NCBI RefSeq assembly: GCF_964213995.1
Contig: NW_027590122.1
Span: 806,001-870,000 of the forward strand
DNA from: Mustelus asterias
Taxonomy: Eukaryota
Reading direction: 5' to 3'
Length of the DNA: 64,000 nucleotides
Position 1 is the first letter of the stretch; the number at the start of each line of letters is the position of its first letter. Positions 11,498 to 23,019 of this stretch are shown in pieces. The notes under the pieces were generated by a model. That model saw only the letters and a program-made list of their open reading frames with translations. It ran no database searches and was not told the origin of the DNA. A program made the translations under genes and the position numbers.

Positions 11498-11798
11498 CAC
11501 AGTGATGCAGAACAGGGAGAGAGCCGTACAGAAACTTGAACATGGTGAGGATTACAGACAAAGTGATACAGAAGACGGGGCGAGTTATACAGAAGCCTGA
11601 ACATGGTGAGCTCCCAAGAATCTGAAATGCATGTTCAGGTTTTTGTACAGCTGTCTCCGTGTTCTGTGTCACTGTGTCTGTAACCCTCATCATGTCCAGG
11701 TTTTTGTACAACTCTCTCCGTGTTCTGTATCACTGTGTCTGTAATCCTCACCACGTTCAGGTTTTTGTACAGCTCTCTCCGTGTTCTGTGCGACTGTG
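11498..11798. repeat. Array of five 23-spacer RSSs, 61-bp period (two on +, three on -)
   Basis: Heptamers at 11498, 11559 (+) and 11670, 11731, 11792 (-); nonamers at 11528, 11589 (+) and 11638, 11699, 11760 (-); 22-nt linker tgaacRtggtgaggattacaga. Confidence 0.95.
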
Positions 11799-12101
11799 CT
11801 GTGCGCCAACTCAGTTCACAGTAATAAACAGCGGAGTCGCTCAGTTAAAGTTTGGAGATCTTTAACCGGCTGATTTTGACGGAAGAATCGATAGAAGCAG
11901 AAATCCTCCCCGCGACACTGTTTGATTTATTCTCCTCTCCAGAAATGTGTGTCTGAAGCAGGTATTTCTGAGCCTGTCCTGGGGTCTGAGGGTACGTGTA
12001 CTGTGTACTGACAGAGACCTGAATATTCGCAGCTTCAAATAACCGGTCACCGGCAGCAGAGGTTTGTAGAAGGGAACTTGGTGACACAGCTGAGCTGGAA
12101 T
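11799..12101 (-). pseudogene. Supporting TCR delta V pseudogene (second cassette)
   Basis: Reverse paralog of 11192-11497; indels in FR1/CDR1, stop in KL*LSDSAVYYC, proximal heptamer CACAGTC. Confidence 0.9.
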
Positions 12102-12211
12102 CTGCAGTGTAGAAATAAAATGAATTGTTTGTTGAGCCACTGTTTACCCGGGAAAACTTGTCAATCGGATGAACACCTGTCTGTTGTGGCAATTTGTTTA
12201 ATTTAATTAGA

Positions 12212-12558
12212 ATCATAGAATCATAGAAACCCTACAGTACAGAAAGAGGCCATTCGGCCCATCGAGTCTGCACCGACCACAATCCCACCCAGGCCCTACC
12301 CCCATATCCCTACACATTTACCCACTAATCCCTCTAACCTACACATCTCAGGACACTAAGGGCAATTTTTAGCACAGCCAATCAACCTAACCCACACATC
12401 TTTGGACTGTGGGAGGAAACCGGAGCACCCGGAGGAAACCCACGCAGACACGAGGAGAATGTGCAAACTCCACACAGACAGTGACCCAAGCCGGGAATCG
12501 AACCCGGGTCCCTGGAGCTGTGAAGCAGCAGTGCTAACCACTGTGCTACCGTGCCGCC
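12212..12558 (-). mobile_element. tRNA-derived shark SINE (HE1-like), full length
   Basis: Reverse reads ggcggcacggtagcacagtggttagcactgctgc..gggttcgattccc (A/B boxes), CR1-like tail (tctatgat)n. Confidence 0.9.
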
Positions 12559-12562
12559 CTAG

Positions 12563-12892
12563 GGGGTGGCACGGTGGCAGAGTGGTTGCCAATGCTGCCT
12601 CACAGCGGCAGGGACCCAGGTTCAATTCTGGCCTCGGGTCATTGTCTGTGTGGAGTTTGCACATTCTCCCCGTGTGTGTTTGGGTTTACTCCGGGTGCTC
12701 CGATTTCATCCCACAGTCCAAAGATGTGCAGATTACGTTGATTGGCCAAGGTAAATTGACCCTAGTGTCCGAGAAAGATTAGAAGGATAAATATGTGGGG
12801 TTATGGGAATATTGCCTGGGACTCGGTGGGATGTGGTCGGTACAGACTTGACGGGCCAAATGGCCTCCTTCTGTCCTGTAAGGATTCTATGA
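12563..12892 (+). mobile_element. tRNA-derived shark SINE (HE1-like), head-to-head with preceding copy
   Basis: ggtggcacggtggcagagtggttg..ggttcaattc..tggagtttgcacattctccc..ggcctccttctg..gattctatga. Confidence 0.85.
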
Positions 12893-13934
12893 ATGTGTTT
12901 CAAAATGCATTGATTATTGGAAATAAACAAGCGTGGCAGATCTTCAGATCTTTTTTTCACAGAGAATTGCAGTCACCTGAAGTGCACTGCGGAAGGGGTG
13001 GTTCTGGAAGCAGATTGAACATTATCTTGAGGGGCAATTGAGGGACAAAGACTTCTGGGACAGGACAAGATTCCAGTGGGGACAAAAAGAAGAACGAATG
13101 GATATATTGGCAGCACCTTCAAATTACTGTCATTATTGACAGAATTGTGTTTTTTTTGCAGAGTATGATTTTATTTTTATTAAATATCTGCTAATAAATA
13201 TGTTGGTGAAATGCGAACCAGAAAACTAAATCGTAAAGTTCACTCTTCCCGTCAATGAATCAATTGTTGTCTAGATTTGATTGTCCGAAGGAAAATCAGC
13301 AGTCTTATATTTCAGTACATACCAAGGTTCAGCACAGAACAGAGATTTTCGTCCACACCTATTAATCCGAAATGACAATGTAAATCTGTGGGTCAAAGAT
13401 CGACTTTTGGCCGCAGTTCAACATTACAAGGTAAATCCAGTCTGCCGTTGGGCTATTTGTCTCTTTCCGTCCATCAATTCTACCGTTTTACTTCCATTAG
13501 AAATATTTGCAAGTTGATTTCATTTTATTTCTACATCTGAGTTGTTTTCTGTCTGTTCATGGCGGTTTCTAACCGTCATGAAAACTTGCCCTAATTTCTC
13601 TCAGTTATCGGTTGGTTCAGTCTGTTCAGTTTCCGCAGTGGTTTTACTGTTACTCACTGGGAACTGCCTTTACGGGATGTGATAATTTCAATCCCTTTAG
13701 TCCATTGGCTGATTGTTCCCTGTCCTTTCCGAACAGAATAGTCTCTGAGTTTTATATTCTACACTTTCCACTGAACACGAATAGGCCACTTGGTCCAGAT
13801 GATCGAAGCTTGTTCTCGTACATCCCCTTCTCCTCTCATCCTCAGCTGTGTGTCTATTTATTCCTCTCTCCCGCCCATATTTTTCAAGCTGTGCCATAAA
13901 TTCATCACGACGTTTTTCCAAAGAGCGAGCTTCA

Positions 13935-14805
13935 CATAGAACCATAGAACCATAGAAAATTACAGCTCAGAAACAGGACTTTTGGCCCTTCTTGTCTGTG
14001 CCGAACCATTTTATGCCTAGTCCCACTGACCTGCACTTGGACCATATCCCTCCACACCCCTCTCATCCATGAACCCGTCCAAGTTTTTCTTAAATGTTAA
14101 AAGTGACCCCGCATTTACCACTTTATCCGGCAGCTCATTCCACACTCCCACCACTCTCTGCGTGAAGAAGCCCCCCCTAATATTCCCTTTAAACTTTTCT
14201 CTTTTCACCCTTAACCCATTCCCTCTGGTTTTTTTCTCCCCCAGCCTCAGCGGAAAAAGCCTGCTTGCATTCACTCTATCTATACCCATCAAAATCTTAT
14301 ACACCTCTATCAAATCTCCCCTCAATCTTCTACGCTCCAGGGAATAAAGTCGCAACCTATTCAATCTCTCTCTGTAACTCAGCTTCTCAAGTCCCGGCAA
14401 CATCCTTGTGAACCTTCTCTGCACTCTTTCAATCTTATTTACATCCTTCCTGTAACTAGGTGACCAAAACTGTACACAATACTCCAAATTCGGCCTCACC
14501 AATGCCTTATATAACCTTACCATAACACTCCAACTTTTATACTCGATACTCCGATTTATAAAGGCCAATGTACCAAAGGCACTCTTTACGACCCTATCCA
14601 CCTGTGACGTCACTTTTAGGGACTTCTGTACCTGTATTCCCAGATCCCTCTGTTCAACTGCACTCTTCAGAGTCCTACCATTTACCCTGTACGTTCTTCT
14701 TTGGTTTGTCCTTCCAAAGTGCAATATCTCACACTTGTCTGCGTTAAATTCCATCTGCCATTTTTCAGCCCATTTTTCTCGTTGGTCCAAATCCCTCTGC
14801 AAGTT
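13935..14805 (-). mobile_element. CR1 LINE 3' fragment
   Basis: ORF 14017-14820 with WQMEFN, LEYCVQFWSP, FFTQRVV; (catagaac)n tail. Confidence 0.95.
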
Positions 14806-16411
14806 GATGTGTTTCCGCACAAATATACCCGAATGTTTCTATCTCTTCTGATAGTCATTTCATATTTCATATATAAATATCTACTTCTTCTGGGGACCCT
14901 GGTTCGAATCCTGCCTCGGCAGTTGGTGGAATTTGACTTCAATTTTTAAAAATCTGAAGTTAAGTATCTGCTGCTGACCGTGAAACCATTTCGGATTTTT
15001 GGAAAAAGCCACAGCAATGTGATTGACTCTCAACTGCCCTTAAAAATGGCCCAGCCAGCCATTGATTTGAAGGGCGACCAGGAATGCACAATAAATGCTG
15101 GCCAACCAGCGACGACATGTCACACGAATGAATTAAAGAAGATAAAAGAACAACTCTCCCACCGAAGGAACAGTTTCTGCACATGGAGCTCCTTGAAACT
15201 ACAATATAATGTTCAGTGTTTCTGTGCTGCTTTTTCATGTCTTACCGGCCTTCGAAAGCCAAAAGGCAGAGCTTTTCCAAACTTTCGATATCCAAACACA
15301 TTATTGATTTTTTTTTCTCAGAAGTGTAAGAAATTCATGCTGATAATAAGATACTTAAGAAATAGAAACATGGTAGACTAATCCACCTTGGGGACCCGCT
15401 GTACAAATCAGAAATGTTTAGATCTGATCATCTACCTTAATGCTAACTGTGCGTCCTATTCCCAAATCCATTATTTCCATTAGCATTCAAAACTAAAATC
15501 CATGGAACGGTTCAGCACCCTCAGCCTCGACACAACTCAATCCTTGAGGGATTCATTATGCTTCAATCAGCACAATCCCATGTTTTTGAAATCGACAAAA
15601 AACATAAAGCAAACGGATTTGTCCACAATTAGCGATCAATATGTGGAAGAGAATGCAATTCAAACTTTTCGCAGTTCTGCCAAAATGATTGTTTATAGGA
15701 AGGAAATAAAGATCAGTTAGGATATAATTATTTTGAGTCACTGATTGCACGTGAAATGTCACCTACAAGTATCAAATAAGCTCTCGAAGCTATTTGTGTC
15801 ATGTTCCCGTTTTCCTGCCGCTGCAGGTATTGGACCGGCTGCTGCAATTTTGGGTTACCTCTCCCGGTACCTCGTTGACATTTCCAGGCCTCTTTTAGAC
15901 CATTTCCTGGAGCAGAGAGAAATCCTGTGCTCGGTGGCTCCGCTCTCTCCCAGCGGAGAGCAGGGAGCAGGGTTCGGAGCGTCCATAATGTATTTTTATT
16001 CATTGATGTGACATGGGCGTCGTCGCTGGCTTGCTGCTCATCCCCAGGTACCCTAAGGCAGTTGTGAGTCAACCACATTGCTGTGGCTCTGCTGTCACAT
16101 GTAGGCCAGACCAGGCAAGGACAGCAGGTTTCCTTCCCTGAAGGGCATTAGTGAATCAGATGGGTTTTTCTGACAATCGACAATGGCTTCATGGTCATCA
16201 GTAGATTCTTAATTCCAGATATGATTATTAAATTGAAATTCCACCATCTGCGCTGGCGGGACTCCCAGAACTTTGGCTGTGTTTTTGAATTAATAGTCCA
16301 GCGATAATTCCATTTGGCCATCACCTCCCCGAATGTACGCTCACTGAAACCAGTTAGGAGAGTGAGAGTGCAAGATGTTGTGAGGATTACCCGATGCCTT
16401 CCTTAAACCAT

Positions 16412-16945
16412 GATTGGAGACGCTGGCGTTGGAATGGGGTGGGCACGGTAAGAAGTCTCACAACACCAGGTTAAAGTCCAACCGTTTTATTTGGAATCAC
16501 GAGCTTTCGGAGTACTGCTACTTTCTCAGGTGAATGGTGAGTTGGGTTCACAAACATGGCATATGTAGACAGAGACGCAATTCCAAGATAATGGTTGGAA
16601 TGCGCGTCTTTGAGGACCGGGATCTTGGGTTCATGTCACACTACATGTAACCTCTACCATTTTCCCTGGCTTGCAAAGTCCTGCCATCTGTCCTGGTTTG
16701 AGACAATTCACACCTCTTTGACCTGTGAATATCCCTCTCTTCACTCGCATTGTCTGCACCTGTAAAGATTTGATTACCTGTAAAGACTCGCATTCCAACC
16801 ATTTTCTTGCAATTGCGTCTCTGTCTATAGCTGCCATGTTTGTGAACCCAACTCTCCACACACCTGAGAAAGGAGCAGCGGTCCGAAAGCTCGTGATTCG
16901 AAGTAAACCTGTCGGCCTTTAAGCTAGTGTTGTGAGACTTTTTGC
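16412..16945. mobile_element. Penelope-like element remnant with inverted termini
   Basis: 16450-16610 is the reverse complement of 16780-16940; hammerhead-like cores on both strands. Confidence 0.75.
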
Positions 16946-17228
16946 TGTTCCTTAAACCAATAATAGCCCAGATAGGATCAGCTGAAACTCCTTCCCCGGA
17001 GGAAACCTGTCCTTTGGGGTCTCACACTGCTTCAATCTGGTCTCACAGCCGGACTCGACTTCCGTTTCATACTCTGCTCCTAAGTCTAAATCTGCAATTG
17101 AAAATCTTCCTCAGGAAACCACCCTGCTTTAGAAGCAGACAATTGAAGTGATGCTGGTAACGAATTTAAACTGACGGTGAACACTAACCTAAACAGGCTG
17201 CAACACACTGGGATTAGGAGTCACTTAC

Positions 17229-17319
17229 CGGCTGTGATAGTCACCACCGTCCCAGACCCATCTGTAACCTTCATTCTCCCCACAGTGTCAGCGCTCTCAG
17301 TCAGCCCAGCACAAGAATG
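17229..17319 (-). other. NAR-TCR J segment, copy 2 (coding 17229-17280; 23-RSS 17281-17319)
   Basis: GRMKVTDGSGTVVTITA G|gtaagt; CACAGTG + 23 nt + ACAAGAATG. Confidence 0.9.
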
Positions 17320-17654
17320 ACTGACACCTCAAACTGCCGAGCAGCCATTACCCAGCAATCAGTGTTTCTCGGTTATTCAGGGGATTTAAATCAATAATGA
17401 ACATTGGTTGTTTAAAAACAAAACATCATTGGACAAAATTTTTCCTTCTGACTCTCTGAGCTCCTGGTAAAATTTCCCAGGAACAGGAGCAGAGATGCAA
17501 GATTCTTATTAACAGCGAAAAGCCTTGAAGAATTATAGCTGATGGTGGAAATTACAATGAAATTAAACTAGATTGAACTGGGAATAACATCAACCCGACA
17601 AGTCAAGTTACCGAACATGGGAATTGCTGGGAATTACTGTTTTGATTGTCCTGA

Positions 17655-18150
17655 GGTTTTTGTCGAACTCTCTCCCAGTGCAGTGTCCTATGTGAGTAGT
17701 ACCAGTGCTGAACTTTACAGTAATAGGTGGCACTGTCTTCAACTCTCACATCCCGAATTTCCAGTGAAAATGTCTTTTCTGCTTTATTCACCAGTACAAT
17801 AAATCTCCCTCCGCTGGAGATCCGCTCCCGCTCCGTCCCGGTCTGGATTTGTCTGAAAAAAATGACAATTTTCTAAATCATAAACTCCATAGAAAACACA
17901 GGTGATGGTAAGAGACTGACACTCCTTCCTGGTCAACGCTGCCAGGCTCTGTGTCACTGACTGATTGAAAGATCCTGGAAATTAAACACAGAGTTTAATG
18001 GACCAAACAAAGGGGCTAAAATCCTAGACAGTGTCTGTAATTGAGATGGACTGGGGCAGCTTTATATTCAATCCACGCAATGTGGGTGAGTTTGATCGGT
18101 ACTCATCAGGGTAAACAGGCACACAGGGTGAAAACAAGAAGGATTCCCAT
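17655..18150 (-). pseudogene. NAR-TCR V(D) pseudogene, copy 2 (12-RSS 17655-17682; V exon 17683-17974; leader to 18150)
   Basis: Paralog of 8227-8736: MGILLVFTLCACLP with lost GT donor, +1 in A7 run at 17856-17862, YYCKVQHWYYSHRT, heptamer degraded to TGCACTG, nonamer ACAAAAACC. Confidence 0.9.
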
Positions 18151-18466
18151 CGTTCTGCTGACGGTTTATATGCCAGGGAGCTGAGACTACAGAGCTGGAC
18201 TGCTCTGGGAGACTGGATATCAGAGCTGCACTGAAATACTTCAGACCCGATCAATGGTAAATTAGGCCACGCCCACAGTTTAAAATGAAACTCAAGTATT
18301 TAAATGGGGAACTGAGCTGTGAATTTTCAGTCGAAACTCCCGGCAGCGAGAATCCAGAATTTCAGCAGGTGATCAACAGTTGTGGGTGGCATGCTCTACT
18401 TGGTTTCGAGTACATTATTTATTGTTATTGATTCAGGGGATGTGGGCTTCGCTGGCGATGCCAGTA

Positions 18467-19562
18467 GAGTCATAGAGTCATGGAGGTTTACAGCATGGAA
18501 ACAGGCCCTTCGACCCAACTTGTCCATGCCGCCCTTTTTTTTAAACCCCTAAGCTAATCCCAATTGCCCGCATTTGGCCCATATCCCTCCATAGCCTTCG
18601 CATCCACGTAGCTATCTAAAAGCTTCTTAAAAGACAAAATTATACCCGCCTCTACTACTACCTCTGGCAGCTTGTTCGAGACGCTCACCGCCCTCTGTGT
18701 GAAAAAAATGCCCCTCTGGACAGTTTTGAATCTCTCCCCTCTCACCTTAAACCTATGCTCTCTAGTTTTAGACTCTGCAACTCTGGGAATGGATATTGGC
18801 TATCTAGCTGATCGATGCGCCTCATCATTTTAAAGACCTCCATAAGATCACCCCTCAGCCTCCTACGCTCCAGAGAAAAAAGTACTAGTCTATCCAGCCT
18901 CTCCTTATAACTCAATCCATCAAGTCACGGTAGCATCCTAGTAAATCTTTTCTGCACTCTTTCTAGTTTAATAATATCCTTTCTATGATAGGGTGACCAG
19001 AATTGCACACCGTATTCCAAGTGTGGACTTCCCAATGTCCTGTACAACTTCAACAAGACGTCCCAACTCCTGTATTCAATGTTCTGACCGATGAAACCAA
19101 GCATGCCGAATGCTTTTTTCACCATTCTGTCCACCCGAGACTCCACTTTCAAGGAGCTATGAACATGTACCCTTAGATCTCTTTGTTCTCTAACGCTTCC
19201 CAACGCCCTACCATTAACTGAGTAAGTCCTGCCCTGGTTCAATCTAACAAAACGCATCACTTCGCATTGTCTAAGTTAGACTCCATCTGCCATTCGTCAG
19301 CCCACTGGCACAATCAAGATCCCGTTGCAATTGAAGATAACTTTCTTCACTCTCCCCTATGCCACCAATCTTAGTGTCATCTGCAAACTTACTAACCATG
19401 CCTCCTATATCCTCATCCAAATCATTAATCTAAATGACAAATAACAGTGGACCCAGCACTGATCCCCGAGGCACACTGCTGGTCACAGGCGTCCAGTTTG
19501 AAAAAACAACCCTCTCCAACCATCCTCTGGCTTGCGTCAAGAAGCCAATTTTGTATCCATTG
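18467..19562 (-). mobile_element. CR1 LINE 3' fragment, decayed
   Basis: ORF pieces LEYGVQFWSPYHRKD and FFTQRAVSV; (catagagt)n tail. Confidence 0.92.
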
Positions 19563-20659
19563 GAGGAGGAGACAATCTCGATCTTGTTTATCCCTGCATC
19601 CTAATCAAACAGGATGAAGCAATATTATAGAGAGCCTAGTGAATTCACGAATGACACAACGACTACTAAATAAATAACCAGAGCTTTAAAACCACCAAAA
19701 AACAAGGAGAATCTAGCTAGCACAATAGAAATGGGGTCCAGAGAAAAATAAACATGGAAAGAAACGAGTGGAATAGTCAAGAGGGCTGGGATTGTTATCA
19801 ACATATCTATTAATTTCCATATGTTCTTCTGTCGGATTTTTTGACAGCTCCCACGTGGTGTGCATTGGGCAGTTTCATGATGTTTCCGGTGCTGTGTGAA
19901 TGTGTTTGTGAGAATGCATGCTATTGTGACGTGAAGGTCGGTGGAGTCTGTCGGCATCATTTGTACTGTCTGGGAATGACTTACATTTTATGAGGAACTT
20001 ATATGTTGCACGGGACTCCAACTTCTGTTATATGAGGCCATTCGATAGCATGTGACTGTCACTCCCATTTCGATACAAAAACAGAAAATGCTGGAAAATC
20101 TCAGCAGGTCTGACAGCATTTGCAGAGAGAAAATAGAGCGAACGTTTCGAGTCTGAATGACCCTTTGTCAGACCGCTTCGCTCCACAGATGCTGTCAGAC
20201 CTGCTGGGATTTTCCAGCATTTTCTGTTTTTGTTCCAGATTCTAGCTTCAGTAGTTTTTTAAATCTTACTATCATTCCGATTTTCATCTGTTCTAATGTC
20301 ACTGAGCTATGCTGCCTGCTGCCTCGTGGCTGTAATATTTTTTAGCTGTATCATTATAATGAACATTTCACATGATAAGCATCCGTTACTTTTGCCCAAG
20401 TATTAAGTAATTCAACTCAAAATTACCCAGGCGGCAGGAGACATAAAGACTAGATCGTCCCCTCCCTGGAATATCGCAATATTCTAACCCCTCCCAGAAT
20501 GAACATGGAAAATGAATGCTGAATCTGTTTGTTCAAGTAAGTGTAAATAATGTTGGAAATTAATTGCGTCCCTGTAGATTTCCAACAGTATTAATGTGGG
20601 TGCCTGTGACTTTGTAACAGAGAATCTTTGTGTTTAACTGTCATCTTTTCTCATACAGA

Positions 20660-23019
20660 ATGCACGGGCGAATATCTGGTGTAGTTTATGCCATTTACTA
20701 TCCAATTCTTGCTGCCATTGGAGTTCCAGGTAAGTCGTGGTACTAAATCATTAACTTGACGCATCATTGATGCGTCAAGTTAATGATTTAATGAGTTAAT
20801 GAAAGTCCAAAGATGTGCGGGTTAGGTTGATTGGCCAGGTTAAAAAATTGCCCCTTAGAGTCCTGGGATGTGTAGGTTAGAGGGATTAGTGGGTAAAATA
20901 TGTGGGGGTAGGGCCTGGGTGGGATTGTGGTCGGTGCAGACTCGATGGGCCGAATGGCCTCCTTCTGCACTGTAGGGTTTCTATGTTCCTATGATTTCTA
21001 TGATTGATTTATGAAGTTAGCGCTCATTATGGTAATAAAGAACATGACATAATTGTTTCCAGGTTTCTTCTAAAACATTATTGCTCAGTGGTAGCCCGTC
21101 TTTTCATCACTGAAATATGTATTTTACTTAAACGTAAGCCTTGCTCATTAAGTCTCTGACACATTCAATACTCTGTGGCTGTTCTTGCCAGCATGCATAT
21201 ACCGAGGCAAGGTTTTTCATATCTTTGTAACCTATAGTTCCTGGGCATTCAGCTACAGGGGGAAACGTGAGAAAACATTTCCAGCAATACAATCTTTGGG
21301 CATGATTCCAAAATCAGCGGGCACAACCTTCCAGTATTTACTCTGTCAAGCCTTTCGAGAAGTTTGTTTGTTTCAACAAGATCGCCTTTACTCTTCGAAA
21401 CTCCAGACAATATATATCCTTTTTTTCACTTCTCATTACGGAACAATTAGTGTCATTGCTCAACAGATTGGAAATGTATTTTCCCAGCAAGCGGGATTTC
21501 TGATTAAAACACATCTGATGCTCCTTAAATTGTGTTAATTTGACACATCATACTTACTGAATATATTCCCGTGGAATCCTAACAAGCCAAACCAAATCCT
21601 TATCACATTATACATTTTAACCACGCAGGTGTAACTAATATGTCAAGCGTATTTACAGGATATTCTGCTTATCTGCTACATGGTCCAAAGCTTGAATGCC
21701 GAATTTTACATGCAACCCGGAGATCTACAGCCTTTCGGTCCCAAACATTGCAATTGCTGCCATTGCCATTCTTCCTCACTCTGCTCATTATATAGTTTCC
21801 TTAAGTGTATCTCATTGTCAAGTTATTCAGCATTTAACTTAATATCGCCTCATGTTATTAGGTGTCAAATTTTGCTGCATTGCTTTCCTGTGAAGCGACT
21901 TGAGACACCCTTTGCGTTAAATTTGCGACATAAATGGAGTCTGCCCTTGTAGCTCTTTTTGAAATATAATTAACCTTGAAAAGCCAAGAATAGCTGTCTT
22001 CCATAACGAAGATAAACCAGCAAAAGTGTCACAAAAAAACCCGCAGCACCCATGCGTGTGCTTGGAATTTGTTGAATAAATTTACAACTTTAATTTTGCT
22101 TTTGCTCTCAGTTAACTTGATGGCGATTGTGATCCTCTCCCGAGGAAGGTGTGGTCTCTCCAAATGCATCACTCGATATCTGGTTTCCATGGCAGTGACG
22201 GATCTCCTTGTCGTTGTCACCGCTGTGATCTTCAACCGGATTATTGGCATTTATTTTCCAGTAAGTTTTTTGTCGTTGACTCCAGCCTGTACTCTGAGTA
22301 CTGTGATAATCTATGCAGCCACGGAGAGTTCTGTCTGGTTAACCGTCGTTTTCACCTTTGATCGTTATGTAGCCATTTGCTGCCAGAAACTGCAAGCAAA
22401 CTATTGCACCGAGAAAACAGCAGCTGTGGTGATTGGAATGGTCTGTTTGTTGAGTTGTTTAAAAAGCATTCCCTGGTATTTTATGTATGAACCGCTCTAT
22501 ATAATGAACAATGTGCCATGGTTTTGTAATATAAAGTCAGCTTTCTACACTTCCTTCTCATGGACAGCCTATGATTGGTTTGCACGTATATTAAATCCCA
22601 TTCTGCCATTCCTTCTGATTTTGTTGTTTAATGCACTGACCGTCAGACACATCCTGGCGGCTAGTAGATCCCGCCGTCGACTCCGGGCTCACAGCAGTGC
22701 AGATAATCAGAGTGATCCAGAAATGAAGAACAGGAAGAAATCTGTTGTTTTACTCTTCGCCATCTCAGGAAGTTTCATTCTGTTGTGGATGACATACGTT
22801 TTGGATTTCCTCTATGTGAAAATTACAAATGAAGCATATTTCGGAGGATCCAATTTCAATGACCCAAAATTTATTCGCCAAGAAAGTGGAAACATGCTGC
22901 AGCTGCTGAGCTGTTGCACTAACACGTGTATTTATGCAGTGACGCAGAGGAAATTCCGAGAAGAATTGAAACATGCAGCAATATATATTGGCAGTCTCGT
23001 TGTAAGCATAGTAAAGTAG
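20660..23019 (+). CDS. Class A GPCR, GPR139/GPR142-like; exon 1 20660-20729, exon 2 22112-23019
   Basis: MHGRISGVVYAIYYPILAAIGVP|gtaagt..ctcag|VNLMAIVILSRG; MAVTDLL (TM2), FTFDRY (TM3), NTCIY (TM7); seven hydrophobic segments, open frame. Confidence 0.88.
20744..20790. repeat. Perfect 47-bp palindrome (23-bp arms, 1-nt loop)
   Basis: taaatcattaacttgacgcatca-t-tgatgcgtcaagttaatgattta. Confidence 0.95.
20803..21005 (+). mobile_element. 5'-truncated HE1-like SINE in GPCR intron
   Basis: agtccaaagatgtgcgggttaggttg..ggcctccttctgcactgtaggg..ctatga tail; near-identical to the 12212-12410 copy. Confidence 0.85.

Noticed and set aside
11498-11798. CRISPR-like regularly spaced repeats
   Set aside because: Vertebrate DNA with no cas genes; the intervening sequences are homologous to each other and the units are RSSs
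11630-11830. Open reading through the - strand RSS array as an ultralong CDR3
   Set aside because: The frame is open, but the attached V has an upstream stop and indels, and the intact + copy stops at the first heptamer (CAG TGA)
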